A DNA stretch of 64,000 bases, taken from contig JAEEJN010000059.1 of assembly GCA_016281935.1 (NCBI GenBank), positions 11,493 to 75,492 on the forward strand, given 5' to 3'. The stretch's first letter is position 1, and every line of letters starts with the position of its first letter. The DNA is from Bacillota bacterium (lineage in GTDB: Bacteria > Bacillota > Clostridia > Christensenellales > UMGS416). This document shows, in pieces, positions 9,291 through 18,671 of the stretch. Under the pieces are notes generated by a model. That model ran no database searches. It saw nothing but the letters and a program-made list of their open reading frames with translations, and was not told where the DNA came from. The translations under genes were made by a program, and so were the position numbers.

Positions 9291-10994
9291 ATGATGGATA
9301 TCCGCGAACAGATCATTCAGTGCCTTGCAGAAGCAGCCGGCATGGAAGCGTCCGAGGTGGACGCGGCTCTGGAAGTCCCCCCGTCGGCGGACATGGGCGA
9401 CTATGCCTTCCCCTGCTTCCGTCTTGCGAAGACCTGGCGCAAGGCCCCGCCCCTGATCGCTCAGGAACTGGCGGAACAGATCGGCCTTCCCGCATGTGTG
9501 GAAAGGGCGGAAGCCGTCAAGGGCTATCTGAATTTCTACGTCAGCCGGACGGAACTGGCCCGCGCATGCCTCGAGCCCGTGCTCGAAGCCGGAGAGCGCT
9601 ACGGGTCCGGAAACGAGGGGCAGGGCAAAACCATCTGCATCGACTACAGCTCGATCAACATCGCCAAGCGTTTCCATATCGGTCATCTTTCGACGACCGT
9701 TCTCGGCAACGCGCTGTACCGCATCCATGAGTTCCGCGGATACAAGTGCGTGGGCATCAACCACCTGGGAGACTGGGGCACGCAGTTCGGCAAGATGATC
9801 GCGGCCTACAAGCACTGGGGCGACAAGGAGACCGTCGAACGCGAAGGCGTCGACGCCATGACCGCCCTGTACGTCCGTTTCCATGAAGAGGCCGAGAAGG
9901 ATCCTTCCCTGGAGGACGAAGGACGCCGCTGGTTCAAGGCCATCGAGGAAAACGATCCTGAGGCCATGGAGATCTTCAACTGGTTCAAGGAAGTGACCCT
10001 GAAGGACGCCATGCGCGTCTACGATATGCTCGGCATCCGCTTCGACAGCTACGCGGGCGAATCCTTCTACAACGACAAGATGGACAGGGTGATCGACGAG
10101 CTGAAGGCGAAGGGTCTCCTCACCGAGTCCGACGGCGCTCAGGTCGTGGACCTTTCCGCCTGGGACATGCCCCCCTGCCTCATCCTGAAGCAGGATGGCG
10201 CGACCCTGTACGCCACGCGCGACCTGGCTGCCGCCCTCTACCGCAAGGACACCTATGATTTCGCCCGCTCGCTCTACGTCGTGGCCTATCAGCAGAGCCT
10301 GCACTTCAGACAGGTCTTCAAGGTCCTTGAACTCATGGGCTACGACTGGGCCAAGGACTGCGAGCACGTGGCCTTCGGCATGGTCTCCTATGAAGGCCAG
10401 ACCCTTTCCACCCGCAAAGGCTACGTCGTCTACCTGGATGAGCTCCTCCAGCGGGCGGTCGAAAAGGCAGACACGATCATCGCGGAAAAGACGCCGGATC
10501 TGGAAAACCGGGAAGAGGTCGCCCGTCAGGTCGGCATCGGGTCTGTCGTCTTCTCCACCGTGCTCAACAACCGGATCAAGGACATCGATTTCTGGTGGGA
10601 CCGCGCGCTTTCCTTCGACGGCGAAACGGCTCCCTATGTTCAGTATACGCACGCCCGCTGCTGCAGCCTCCTGCGCCGCGCAGAGGAAGCCGGCGTGCCG
10701 GAGGGCGGTATCGACTACAGCCTCCTGACCGATGACGACGCCATCGCCGTGCTGAAAGCGCTCAGCGCTTTCCCGGACGCCGTTTCTCAGGCTCAGGTCC
10801 GCTGCGAGCCCTATCTCGTGACCCGCGCCGTGCTTGCCGTAACTTCCGCCTTCAACCATTATTACATCGATCACCGGGTGATCGACGAAGATCCGGAAGT
10901 GACACACGCCCGTGTCGCACTGACGCGCGCCGTGCGTCAGGTCTTAAAGACCGGTCTGTATCTTATCGGCGTGGAAGCGCCTGAACGCATGTAA
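9291..10994 (+). CDS. argS: Arginine--tRNA ligase
   Basis: Start moved to ATG 9291 (MMDIREQ; AAGGAG RBS). HIGH motif FHIGHL and class I ArgRS blocks. 567 aa. Confidence 0.9.
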   Translation: MMDIREQIIQCLAEAAGMEASEVDAALEVPPSADMGDYAFPCFRLAKTWRKAPPLIAQELAEQIGLPACVERAEAVKGYLNFYVSRTELARACLEPVLEAGERYGSGNEGQGKTICIDYSSINIAKRFHIGHLSTTVLGNALYRIHEFRGYKCVGINHLGDWGTQFGKMIAAYKHWGDKETVEREGVDAMTALYVRFHEEAEKDPSLEDEGRRWFKAIEENDPEAMEIFNWFKEVTLKDAMRVYDMLGIRFDSYAGESFYNDKMDRVIDELKAKGLLTESDGAQVVDLSAWDMPPCLILKQDGATLYATRDLAAALYRKDTYDFARSLYVVAYQQSLHFRQVFKVLELMGYDWAKDCEHVAFGMVSYEGQTLSTRKGYVVYLDELLQRAVEKADTIIAEKTPDLENREEVARQVGIGSVVFSTVLNNRIKDIDFWWDRALSFDGETAPYVQYTHARCCSLLRRAEEAGVPEGGIDYSLLTDDDAIAVLKALSAFPDAVSQAQVRCEPYLVTRAVLAVTSAFNHYYIDHRVIDEDPEVTHARVALTRAVRQVLKTGLYLIGVEAPERM

Positions 10995-11011
10995 TTTCCC
11001 CGAAAACTGTC

Positions 11012-11042
11012 CGGATCCGCAGCCTCTGCGGATCCGTTTTTT
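11012..11042 (+). terminator. Rho-independent terminator after argS
   Basis: CGGATCCGCAG-CCT-CTGCGGATCCG followed by TTTTTT. Confidence 0.75.
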
Positions 11043-11076
11043 CAGCCGTCTCACATCCCCGGACAGGAGAAAAAAA

Positions 11077-12429
11077 GTGAATTCGAAAGACAGAATGGCC
11101 ATGATGGCCGAACTTCCCGAGCATTCCGTACTGATCAGAATGAGCCTGCCCATGATGATCTCTTTCTTCATTCAGGCCATGTACAATATCGTGGACTCCA
11201 TGTTCGTGGCGCAGATCTCCGAAAACGCCCTGACAGCGGTTTCCCTGGCCTTTCCCATGCAGCAGATCGTGACAGCCGTCGCCGTGGGACTTGCCACGGG
11301 CGTATCCGCGGTCTGGTCCCGCGCCATGGGCATGGGAGACAGAAAGCACGCGTCCGGTATTATTCGGACCATGACAGGCATGTGCCTCTTTGTTACACTC
11401 ATCTTCCTTCTTCTCGGGCTGTTCGCATCCGGACCTCTGTTCCGCGCACAGACCGATGTGGCGGAGATTGCCCAAATGGGTACGGTCTATCTCACGATCA
11501 ACTGGGCGCTTTCCTGCGGTTCCGTATTCAGCAAATACTATGAAAGGCTGCTCGTGTCCGCCGGAAGATCCGTCCTGTCCATGGCCGCCATGGCATCGGG
11601 CGCCATCTTCAATCTGGTCTTCGATCCCCTGCTCATCTTCGGTATCGGCCCCTTCCCGGCACTGGGCATCGCGGGTGCAGCCTGGGCGACCGTAGGCGGC
11701 CAGATCTTTTCCGCCCTTGTCGCCAGCGTTCTGAACGCTCTGTACAACGAACCCGTAAGAGCCGACATGCTGGTCCCGCGCTTCCGTCTGCGGGATGCGG
11801 AAGCGATCCTCAGGGTCGGCATGCCTTCGATCCTGACCATGGGGCTCTCCTCCCTGACCAGCTTTTTCATCAATCAGATCCTTCTGGCCTACTCCACGAC
11901 GGCCACCGCCGTGTACGGCATCTGTATGAAACTGCAGAATGTCTGTTATATGCCTTCCTTCGGGCTGAATAACGGCCTTGTCCCGATTCTTTCCTACAAC
12001 TACGGGATCCGCCGTACGGACAGAGTACGCCGCACGATGAACCTGGCTCTTGCAGGCATCTCCGTTCTCATGATCTCACTCATGATCCTGTTCGAACTGA
12101 TCCCGGGCACGATCCTGACCCTTTTCAATGCGGGAGACACGCTTCGCTCGATCGGCATGGTCTGTCTGCGTGCCTGCGTCCTCTCCCTGCCTTTCGGCGC
12201 GGTCTCAATGATTCTTGCCACCAGCATGCAGGCGCTGGACCATGCGCATTATGCGCTCATCATCAATCTCATGCGGCAGTGTATACTGCTGATCGCCAGT
12301 TTTGCGCTGCTGTCCCGGATCACACACAGTCAGGACCTGATCTGGCTTGCCGTGCCCATAACGGAAGCTGTCACTTTCGCCGTCAGTCTTCTTCTGAACC
12401 GTCGTTTCCGCAGGCATCTGGGCATCTGA
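11077..12429 (+). CDS. MATE-family multidrug efflux transporter
   Basis: 450 aa, 12 predicted TM helices, N-terminal MATE signature (LPMMISFFIQAMYNIVDSMFV). GTG start 7 nt after AGGAGA. Confidence 0.85.
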   Translation: MNSKDRMAMMAELPEHSVLIRMSLPMMISFFIQAMYNIVDSMFVAQISENALTAVSLAFPMQQIVTAVAVGLATGVSAVWSRAMGMGDRKHASGIIRTMTGMCLFVTLIFLLLGLFASGPLFRAQTDVAEIAQMGTVYLTINWALSCGSVFSKYYERLLVSAGRSVLSMAAMASGAIFNLVFDPLLIFGIGPFPALGIAGAAWATVGGQIFSALVASVLNALYNEPVRADMLVPRFRLRDAEAILRVGMPSILTMGLSSLTSFFINQILLAYSTTATAVYGICMKLQNVCYMPSFGLNNGLVPILSYNYGIRRTDRVRRTMNLALAGISVLMISLMILFELIPGTILTLFNAGDTLRSIGMVCLRACVLSLPFGAVSMILATSMQALDHAHYALIINLMRQCILLIASFALLSRITHSQDLIWLAVPITEAVTFAVSLLLNRRFRRHLGI

Positions 12430-12448
12430 AAGATCCATAAACGTGTAG

Positions 12449-12490
12449 GAGCGGCACAGGTTTTTCGGCCTGTGCCGCTCTGTGTCTTTT
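12449..12490 (+). terminator. Rho-independent terminator after MATE gene
   Basis: GAGCGGCACAGG-loop-CCTGTGCCGCTC, then a T-rich tail. Confidence 0.65.
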
Positions 12491-13072
12491 CCGGAAACCA
12501 TCTTTTCCAAACGGTTCATCCGATTCAGGATGGCTACTTCCTTTCTGCCTAACAGGCCGATGCAGTGCCGCTATGAGAAAGACAGAGATCCGCGGAAACT
12601 GCAGATCGTATCCAGCCAGCAGATCCAGACAATCGGCAGGCGCAGAATTGAGAAATGCATCGGAAATGATCCCCGGAAGGGATGATCATCGTCGAAGACG
12701 CGATACGGAAAAGCCTTGGATCGAGAAGCCTTGGATCGAAACGCCCTGCGTACATGGAAGACTCCTGACAAAAACAGCAGCCGGAAAAACCGAATGCTGC
12801 AAAAAGGGTCACTGCAATTTTGACAGTATCATAAAAACGATACACCCTGCCAGGAAATCACTCTATTCCTGCGGCTCCGCCGTTGTCGTGGTATGCACCA
12901 CACAGGAATGTTGAAGGCAGCCCTTACGGGGTGTGTCGCACACCGTAACAAGCAGGGAAAAAATCTATATTTTTCTCGCTGCGATCCGCCAGGTCATCCC
13001 GCACTCAGGTGATGTTCCGTCCCCTGAAACCCCTCGTCACAGAAAAATCGCAAATAATCACGCTGACGGCTC

Positions 13073-13101
13073 TTGATAAATACACTCATTGGGTGTATTA
13101 T
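13073..13101 (+). promoter_or_regulatory. Putative promoter of the AbiE-like operon
   Basis: TTGATA, 17 nt, TATTAT, 18 nt upstream of the ATG and its GAGGTGA RBS. Confidence 0.4.
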
Positions 13102-13118
13102 ATATGCGAGGTGATTTT

Positions 13119-13769
13119 ATGGACATTCGTGAAATGAGAACGCGGCTCGGCGATACGCAAAGCGAGTTTGCGGCAAGATACAACATCCCCTTTCGCACCG
13201 TGCAAAACTGGGAAACCGGACTTCGCAAGCCGCCGGAGTATATTATGATGCTTTTAGAAAGCCGTATACGTGAAGATCTTGTAAACAGAAAGACTGCCTC
13301 GCTTCCGAAGTACGATCCGCGCAAGAGCGATCTTCCCAAGAGAAGTGACTATGTCGGCGCTTTTTCGTGGTTAAAGGCAGTTCGTGAACGGCTCGGCGAA
13401 AACGTCGTTTTCGCGCTGGACGAAGCGTTGATGTGTCAGGGCAGCTTCAGCGGGCGGAGTGACGAATATATCGTATGGGTCTATGGCGACGATAAGGTTT
13501 CAAACTTTAACGGCGTGGTTCTGCTTGGAAACAAGGTAAGCCAATACTGTATCAAGGAAAAGAGCGGACTGCGATTCACAGACTTCAACCGAACGCTATC
13601 CGACGCGCTCGCAAACGAGTCGATACTGGACATGCAGGGCATCACCGAGGCGGTCAGCAGGTATTACTATTCCAACAACGAGAGTTTTGACGGTCTTTCC
13701 GTCGCGCCTGAATATCAGGAACGGTTTGAAAGACTGGCAAATGAAGCAAGAGAATACTATGATAATTGA
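13119..13769 (+). CDS. XRE-type HTH protein with AbiEi-like C-terminal domain (putative type IV antitoxin)
   Basis: Start moved to ATG 13119 (MDIREMRTRLGDTQSEFAARYNIPFRTVQNWETG is an XRE-type HTH). Lies 12 nt upstream of, and co-oriented with, the AbiEii-like gene. 216 aa. Confidence 0.6.
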   Translation: MDIREMRTRLGDTQSEFAARYNIPFRTVQNWETGLRKPPEYIMMLLESRIREDLVNRKTASLPKYDPRKSDLPKRSDYVGAFSWLKAVRERLGENVVFALDEALMCQGSFSGRSDEYIVWVYGDDKVSNFNGVVLLGNKVSQYCIKEKSGLRFTDFNRTLSDALANESILDMQGITEAVSRYYYSNNESFDGLSVAPEYQERFERLANEAREYYDN

Positions 13770-13781
13770 AAGGATGATTTT

Positions 13782-14516
13782 ATGAATATTACGGCAGAAG
13801 AAAAGCTGATGTACAACGTAATGAAAGCGATATATGACAGCGGTATTCCCGTCAACTTCAAAGGTTCTATGGTTCTGAAAGCCTGCCTTATGGAGGCGGG
13901 TTATCTGGAAGAAACAAGGCATACCGTGGACATCGACGCCAACTGGTATACGGATACGCCTCCGACAGCGGAGCAGATGGTTGAATCCTTGCAGAAAGCG
14001 ATCTCAAAAAGCGGGATCGGTCTGAGAGTCAGCATCTACAGAATGTACGGCGAAGGACGGTCTGCCGGCTTTGAGTTGGCGAACAGTGAATCCGGTGAAA
14101 TTTTGTTTACGATGGACGTCGACGTGAACCGTCCGATCCCGCCGACAAAGATTTACGAAGTCGCCGGCGTTCGCTTCTGCGGTGTGGCGCCGATCCAGAT
14201 GATCTCCGACAAGGTCGCGGCAATCTCTACCGACAAAGTGTTCAGACGGATAAAAGATGTTGTCGATCTCTACTATATCTCCCATGTCGTTCTGTTCGAT
14301 CGCGCAGCTGTCCTTGAGACGCTGAAAAACAGCGGACGGGAGTTGGAAAGCTTCAGAGGATTTTTGCACCGTTCGGACGAGTTACGGCATTCTTATGAAA
14401 AGTTCCGTTTCGCAGGAGACGTAAGCAAACCGCCGTTCGATGAGGTGTATCGTACAGTCAAGGCATATATCAAAGACGTGCTTCCGAGGGAACGAAACAG
14501 AGATTACGAAAGATAA
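13782..14516 (+). CDS. AbiEii/AbiGii-family nucleotidyltransferase (type IV TA toxin / abortive infection)
   Basis: 244 aa. Pol-beta NTase motif FKGSMVLK...RHTVDIDANW (G-S...D-x-D), with size and position typical of AbiEii. Confidence 0.75.
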   Translation: MNITAEEKLMYNVMKAIYDSGIPVNFKGSMVLKACLMEAGYLEETRHTVDIDANWYTDTPPTAEQMVESLQKAISKSGIGLRVSIYRMYGEGRSAGFELANSESGEILFTMDVDVNRPIPPTKIYEVAGVRFCGVAPIQMISDKVAAISTDKVFRRIKDVVDLYYISHVVLFDRAAVLETLKNSGRELESFRGFLHRSDELRHSYEKFRFAGDVSKPPFDEVYRTVKAYIKDVLPRERNRDYER

Positions 14517-14806
14517 CAAACCCAATACAGCAACCGAGCCAATGAGCGTAACAGCTCACCGGCTTTTTTTCTGTGAAAATCCAAACGAGAGGAGGACAAC
14601 TGCTTAGAGAAAGGCAAAAAGAAACAACCGACCGGGATATTCTTTCCTGCACCGAAGCGCATAAGCGGAAGATATAAAGCATCGCCGCAAAATGCGGACT
14701 CAGGCAAGGAGAATATATCCTGCAAAAGGCGCTCGGCTATGAACCGAAAACGGTTCCGCCGGACGTTAGTGTTAAATATCTTCGGGAGAATTAGGAGCAG
14801 GATATA

Positions 14807-15344
14807 ATGGACCCCTTGTCAAGACCACTCACGAAAACAAGTATCGTGAACAAAGAGCACCACTTGATTGGATACCATACCATCTTAAGCCGATATAAAG
14901 TCGGCAGCAGCACTATAGCTCTTATTATGGAGCGATACCACATTTGGGGTATGACGCTGGAAGACCTAAAAATCCATGAAACCGAATGATGTAGAAAACA
15001 GGTTTTACCCAGAGTAAAACCGACGCAACACCCAGAGAGCACTTCCTGATTTTGCAGCAATCCATGAGATGATGTCAAAAACGAAGCATCCGGATCTTGC
15101 ATATATCTGGATGGAACACTACAAAAAGAAGTATCCGGATGGATATCAGGTGTCACAGTATTATAAGCTGTACGGGAAATATGTTAAGGAGCATTATGGC
15201 CAGGAAAGCGTCAGAATGGCTGTAGAGCGCATTCCGGGTGAGAAGATAAGTGAATATCTGGGCTGCGCGGTCAACGGGAAAACAGGATTTCAGTCGAACC
15301 GCTTTCTCTTGCGTGGTGCGATAGAAATCAGTCTCACCAAAAGA
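14807..15344 (+). pseudogene. IS21-family transposase (IstA) N-terminal fragments, frame-broken and 3'-truncated
   Basis: Two ORF pieces. One is HTH-like (ILSRYKVGSSTIALIMERY). The other reads LPDFAAIHEMMSKTKHPDLAYIWMEHYKKKYPDGYQVSQYYKLYGKYV...VERIPGEKI, resembling the IstA segment preceding the DDE domain. No DDE core or IstB follows. Confidence 0.55.
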
Positions 15345-15347
15345 CTA

Positions 15348-15449
15348 GAAGGGAGCATTCAGAGTGGAATCAAGCAGACCCTCATCCCGGATACCGTGTG
15401 ATCCGCCATAGCGCTCGATCAGCTGATGATGAAGCATCAGAATCTGATC
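15348..15449 (-). pseudogene. Doc/Fic-family toxin N-terminal fragment (~34 codons)
   Basis: Minus-strand translation DQILMLHHQLIERYGGSHGIRDEGLLDSTLNAPF then stop. This is the conserved Doc N-terminal block; the Fic motif region is absent. Confidence 0.6.
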
Positions 15450-15454
15450 ACGGG

Positions 15455-15707
15455 CGTACTCTCTCTGCCCTTTGGCGCGGTCTCCATGATCCTTTCGACC
15501 AGCATGCAGGCACTGGATCACAGCCGCTATGCGCTCATCATCAACCTCATGCGGCAGTGCGTGCTGCTGATAGCCAGTTTTGCTCTTCTTTCTCTCCTGA
15601 CTCACAGTCAGGAACTGATCTGTCTGGCCGTCCCCGTCACGGAGATCGTCACCTTTGTCACGGCCCTCGTCCTGAATGCACGTTTTCAGAAGCATCTGTT
15701 CAGCTAG
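15455..15707 (+). pseudogene. MATE transporter 3' remnant (last ~84 codons only)
   Basis: VLSLPFGAVSMILSTSMQALDHSRYALIINLMRQCVLLIASFALL... is ~81% identical to the C-terminus of the intact MATE protein (12178-12429). No upstream MATE sequence. Confidence 0.8.
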
Positions 15708-15720
15708 ACAGACAGAACAA

Positions 15721-15757
15721 AGAACCGCTCCGCTTTCGCGGAACGGTTCTTTTCACA
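15721..15757. terminator. Bidirectional hairpin terminator
   Basis: AGAACCGCTCCGC-TTTC-GCGGAACGGTTCT flanked by an A-run and a T-run. Serves the MATE remnant (+) and the small minus-strand gene. Confidence 0.6.
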
Positions 15758-15768
15758 TAAGGCTGGTT

Positions 15769-15975
15769 TTATTTTTTCCCGAACAGGCCGCCGATCGCAT
15801 CCAGGCTCAGCTTGGCTTTCACGCCGTCCACGATGGCTTTCACGCTCTCATCCGGAAGATCGACGCCCAGCAGGTCTTCCACGGCTTTGACCGGGTTCTC
15901 CTTGAACTTCGCCTTCAGTCCTTCATCCGATTTGATCTTTCCGACCAGTTCTTCGATCTTTGCCTTGATATCCAT
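15769..15975 (-). CDS. Small hypothetical protein (68 aa, Lys/Glu-rich helical)
   Basis: Start moved to ATG 15975 (MDIKAKIEELVGKIK; GGAAGGAA RBS). Has its own terminator. Confidence 0.5.
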   Translation of the reverse strand: MDIKAKIEELVGKIKSDEGLKAKFKENPVKAVEDLLGVDLPDESVKAIVDGVKAKLSLDAIGGLFGKK

Positions 15976-16209
15976 GTGTATTCCTTCCTTTCCTTTTATA
16001 CCGTCGAAGCCCCGGCGTCCGCCGAAACTTCCTTTCCCGGTTCCATTATACATCAAAACGGAGGGAACAAGAAAGAGGTCCCGCCGCACAGGCTTTGATT
16101 TCCCGTCTTCCGTCTGTGACAGAAAAGGCATTTCGGTACTTTACATCCCTCCGGCCGGGCGGTATCCTTGTTATATCAAGTGACAGTCCTGAAATAAAGG
16201 AGGCATTCC

Positions 16210-17658
16210 ATGAGCAAAGTCTTCGAACCCACCTTCGAATCCCTTTACCGGTACCGCTGTCCGGAATGGTTCAGGGACGCCAAATTCGGCATCTGGAGCC
16301 ACTGGGGCCCGCAAAGCGTACCCATGTACGGCGACTGGTATGCCCGCAACATGTATGTGGAGGGAAGTCCGCAGTATCTCTATCACATCCGCCACTACGG
16401 CCATCCGTCGGAATTCGGGTACAAGGATCTTGTCCAACTCTGGCACGCAGAGAATTTCGATCCCGAAGGACTCATGGATCTGTATTATCGGTCCGGCGCC
16501 CGTTACTTCATGTCCCAGGCGACCCACCATGACCATTTCTTCAATTATGCGTCCAGGATCAACCGTTTCAATTCCGTGGACGTCGGGCCGCACAAGGACA
16601 TCTGCGGTCTCTGGCAGAAAGCTGCCGCGAAATACGGGCTCCCCTTCGGCATGAGCGAACACCTCGGCGCTTCCTTCTCCTGGTGGACCGTCAATAAGCT
16701 GGCAGACAAAGAAGGCCCATACAAAGGCGTACCCTACGACGGGAACGATCCGGCCTACCGTGATTTCTATCATAACGACTTCGAACACCTGGACGACCTG
16801 AAGACTGTCGGGCACGCTCCCTGGTATACAGCCAATGCGAAGTATCACGCCTACTGGCTCTCCGCCGTGAAAGAGATGATCGACCTCTATCATCCCGACC
16901 TGCTGTACAGCGACGGAGGACTGCCCTTTGCCGAACTGGGGAAAGCCCCGACGGACGATCCGCTCTACAGAGCCGGTCTGGAATTTCTCGCCTACTATTA
17001 CAACGACGGCGCCCGGATCCACGGGGAAGACTCCGTCGTCTACCTGCAGAAGGACCGCCGGCCCGAATGCAGCCGCATCGGGACGCTGGACGTGGAGAAA
17101 TCCCAGCTGACTGACATCTCTCCGGAGCCCTGGCATACGGACACCTGCATCGGCAACTGGTTCTATGACGTGCGCCAGAAATACAAATCCCCCGCACACA
17201 TCGTCGAGATGCTGGTAGACATCGTCGCCAAGAACGGGAACATGCTCCTGAACGTCCTCCAGAAACCCGACGGCACGATCGACGCCCAGGCACAGTACAT
17301 CCTGGAACACATCGGCGCCTGGTTTGCAGTCAACGCGGAGGGCATCTACGGCACGCGGCCCTGGCGCGTCGCTGCGGAAGGCACGAGCCGGGTGGATCCC
17401 GCCGGCTTCAAGGAAGCCAAAGTAGACTGGATGCCCGGCGATTACCGCTTCACCTGCAAGGGCAGCAGCGTATACGCTTTCATGATGGCTCCCTGTGAAG
17501 GCGAAGCCGTGCTCCGTTCCTTCACGGAACGCGTGAAGGGCGTGGAGCTTCTGGGATTCGGGCACTGCGAGTTCGCACAGCCCTTCGGCGCTTTGAACGT
17601 GAAGCTCCCCGCCCGTCTTCCCAGCGAATTCGTGAACTGTCTGAAGATCACCCTGTGA
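16210..17658 (+). CDS. Alpha-L-fucosidase (GH29)
   Basis: 482 aa. N-terminal GH29 blocks PEWFRDAKFGIWSHWGP and GARYFMSQATHHD. AAGGAGG RBS. Confidence 0.85.
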   Translation: MSKVFEPTFESLYRYRCPEWFRDAKFGIWSHWGPQSVPMYGDWYARNMYVEGSPQYLYHIRHYGHPSEFGYKDLVQLWHAENFDPEGLMDLYYRSGARYFMSQATHHDHFFNYASRINRFNSVDVGPHKDICGLWQKAAAKYGLPFGMSEHLGASFSWWTVNKLADKEGPYKGVPYDGNDPAYRDFYHNDFEHLDDLKTVGHAPWYTANAKYHAYWLSAVKEMIDLYHPDLLYSDGGLPFAELGKAPTDDPLYRAGLEFLAYYYNDGARIHGEDSVVYLQKDRRPECSRIGTLDVEKSQLTDISPEPWHTDTCIGNWFYDVRQKYKSPAHIVEMLVDIVAKNGNMLLNVLQKPDGTIDAQAQYILEHIGAWFAVNAEGIYGTRPWRVAAEGTSRVDPAGFKEAKVDWMPGDYRFTCKGSSVYAFMMAPCEGEAVLRSFTERVKGVELLGFGHCEFAQPFGALNVKLPARLPSEFVNCLKITL

Positions 17659-17686
17659 CGGTCTGAAGGAAAAGGAGAAACAGATC

Positions 17687-18634
17687 ATGAGTGAAAACAG
17701 GATCGTACGTCACGCCCCCGGCGAACTGATTGATTTCGAGACCCTCTTCGTGGAGAACGCAGCCTTCAAGGACGGCGTCCCGAAGAAGACAGGCCGCATG
17801 GAACGCGTGGACTATATCAGCGACGTCTACGAAGACGGCGTCGCCTATCCCAAATACTGCAACGTCTATCTGCCCTGGTGCTACGATCCGGAGGACAAGG
17901 AGCGTCGTTACAACGTCCTGTATTATCAGCACGGCAACACCTGTGATCCCGAGATTTTTGCGGGAGAGAACAGGCGTCTCTTCGACCTGCTCTTCGACGA
18001 CGGAACGATCGAACCCTGCATCATCGTGTCGACGACCTACTACTTCGACGTCACGAAAGACGTGGAAGAGCGGAAGCGCACGGGCGGCGTGCCCGCAGGC
18101 GACGGAGGATGGCCCGGCGTGAAGCCGAACTTCTGGCGCGAGATCGTGGAAAAGACCATCCCTGCCGTCGAAACGCGCTACAACACGTATCTGACGGATC
18201 CGACCCCCGAGGGCATCCGGGCGACGAGAGATCACCGTGCCTTTTCGGGCTATTCCCGCGGCAGCGTGTTCACATGGCGCATGTTCCATCATGCCCTTCC
18301 CTATTTCCGCTGGTTCGCGCCGATGAGCTGTCATACGACGGCCGGAAAGCCCATCCGCGAGCCGTATACAAAAGAGGAGATCCTCGCTTACCTGCAGGAA
18401 CCCATCCGTGAGAATCCCGGTCTTCCCTTCTTCATCTTCGCGTCGAACGGAGGTCCCCGGGACGTGGCTCAGATGACGGAACAGATGAAATATATCCCGA
18501 GCGCGGAAGGCTTCTCCTACGGCCGGGATCCGAAGGTCAACAACATCTGCTTCTCCATCTCGGATTTCCCGCATACGGATCTGCTCGTGCCGTACTACTA
18601 CTACAATTCGCTTCAGGTCCTGTTCCGGGAATAA
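17687..18634 (+). CDS. Putative esterase (alpha/beta hydrolase, esterase-D/enterochelin-esterase-like)
   Basis: 315 aa with nucleophile elbow GYSRGS. Co-oriented 29 nt after the fucosidase gene. Confidence 0.65.
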   Translation: MSENRIVRHAPGELIDFETLFVENAAFKDGVPKKTGRMERVDYISDVYEDGVAYPKYCNVYLPWCYDPEDKERRYNVLYYQHGNTCDPEIFAGENRRLFDLLFDDGTIEPCIIVSTTYYFDVTKDVEERKRTGGVPAGDGGWPGVKPNFWREIVEKTIPAVETRYNTYLTDPTPEGIRATRDHRAFSGYSRGSVFTWRMFHHALPYFRWFAPMSCHTTAGKPIREPYTKEEILAYLQEPIRENPGLPFFIFASNGGPRDVAQMTEQMKYIPSAEGFSYGRDPKVNNICFSISDFPHTDLLVPYYYYNSLQVLFRE

Positions 18635-18671
18635 GGTCCCTGACAGTGATCGGACACAGGAGGAACGGCGG

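Larger units (their letters stand above)
12430..15454. mobile_element. Decayed ~3-kb horizontally acquired island (no integrase), bounded by MATE 3' end and a displaced MATE 3' remnant
   Basis: Visibly AT-richer than the flanks. Contains an intact AbiE-like TA pair plus IS21 transposase and Doc toxin fragments. MATE C-terminal 84 codons are repeated at 15455-15707 (~80% nt identity to 12178-12429). Confidence 0.5.

Noticed and set aside
12711-12739. Tandem duplication AAGCCTTGGATCGA x2 (15-bp period)
   Set aside because: Only two copies, in a non-coding stretch of the island. It is too short for a CRISPR array, iteron array or VNTR claim.
12490-13070. Possible gene in the ~580-bp stretch at the left end of the island (ORFs 12482-12685, 12549-12845, 12573-12914)
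   Set aside because: These are overlapping short ORFs in three frames with no RBS and no recognisable motif. The region is probably non-coding or unrecognisable debris.
12430-15454. Active integrative or transposable element
   Set aside because: There is no integrase, recombinase or intact transposase, and no clear att or terminal inverted repeats. The only transposase is a broken IS21 fragment. It is called a decayed island instead.
15345-15695. 116-aa minus-strand ORF
   Set aside because: It is a chimera. Its C-terminal 34 codons are a genuine Doc fragment, while the rest is antisense to the MATE remnant.
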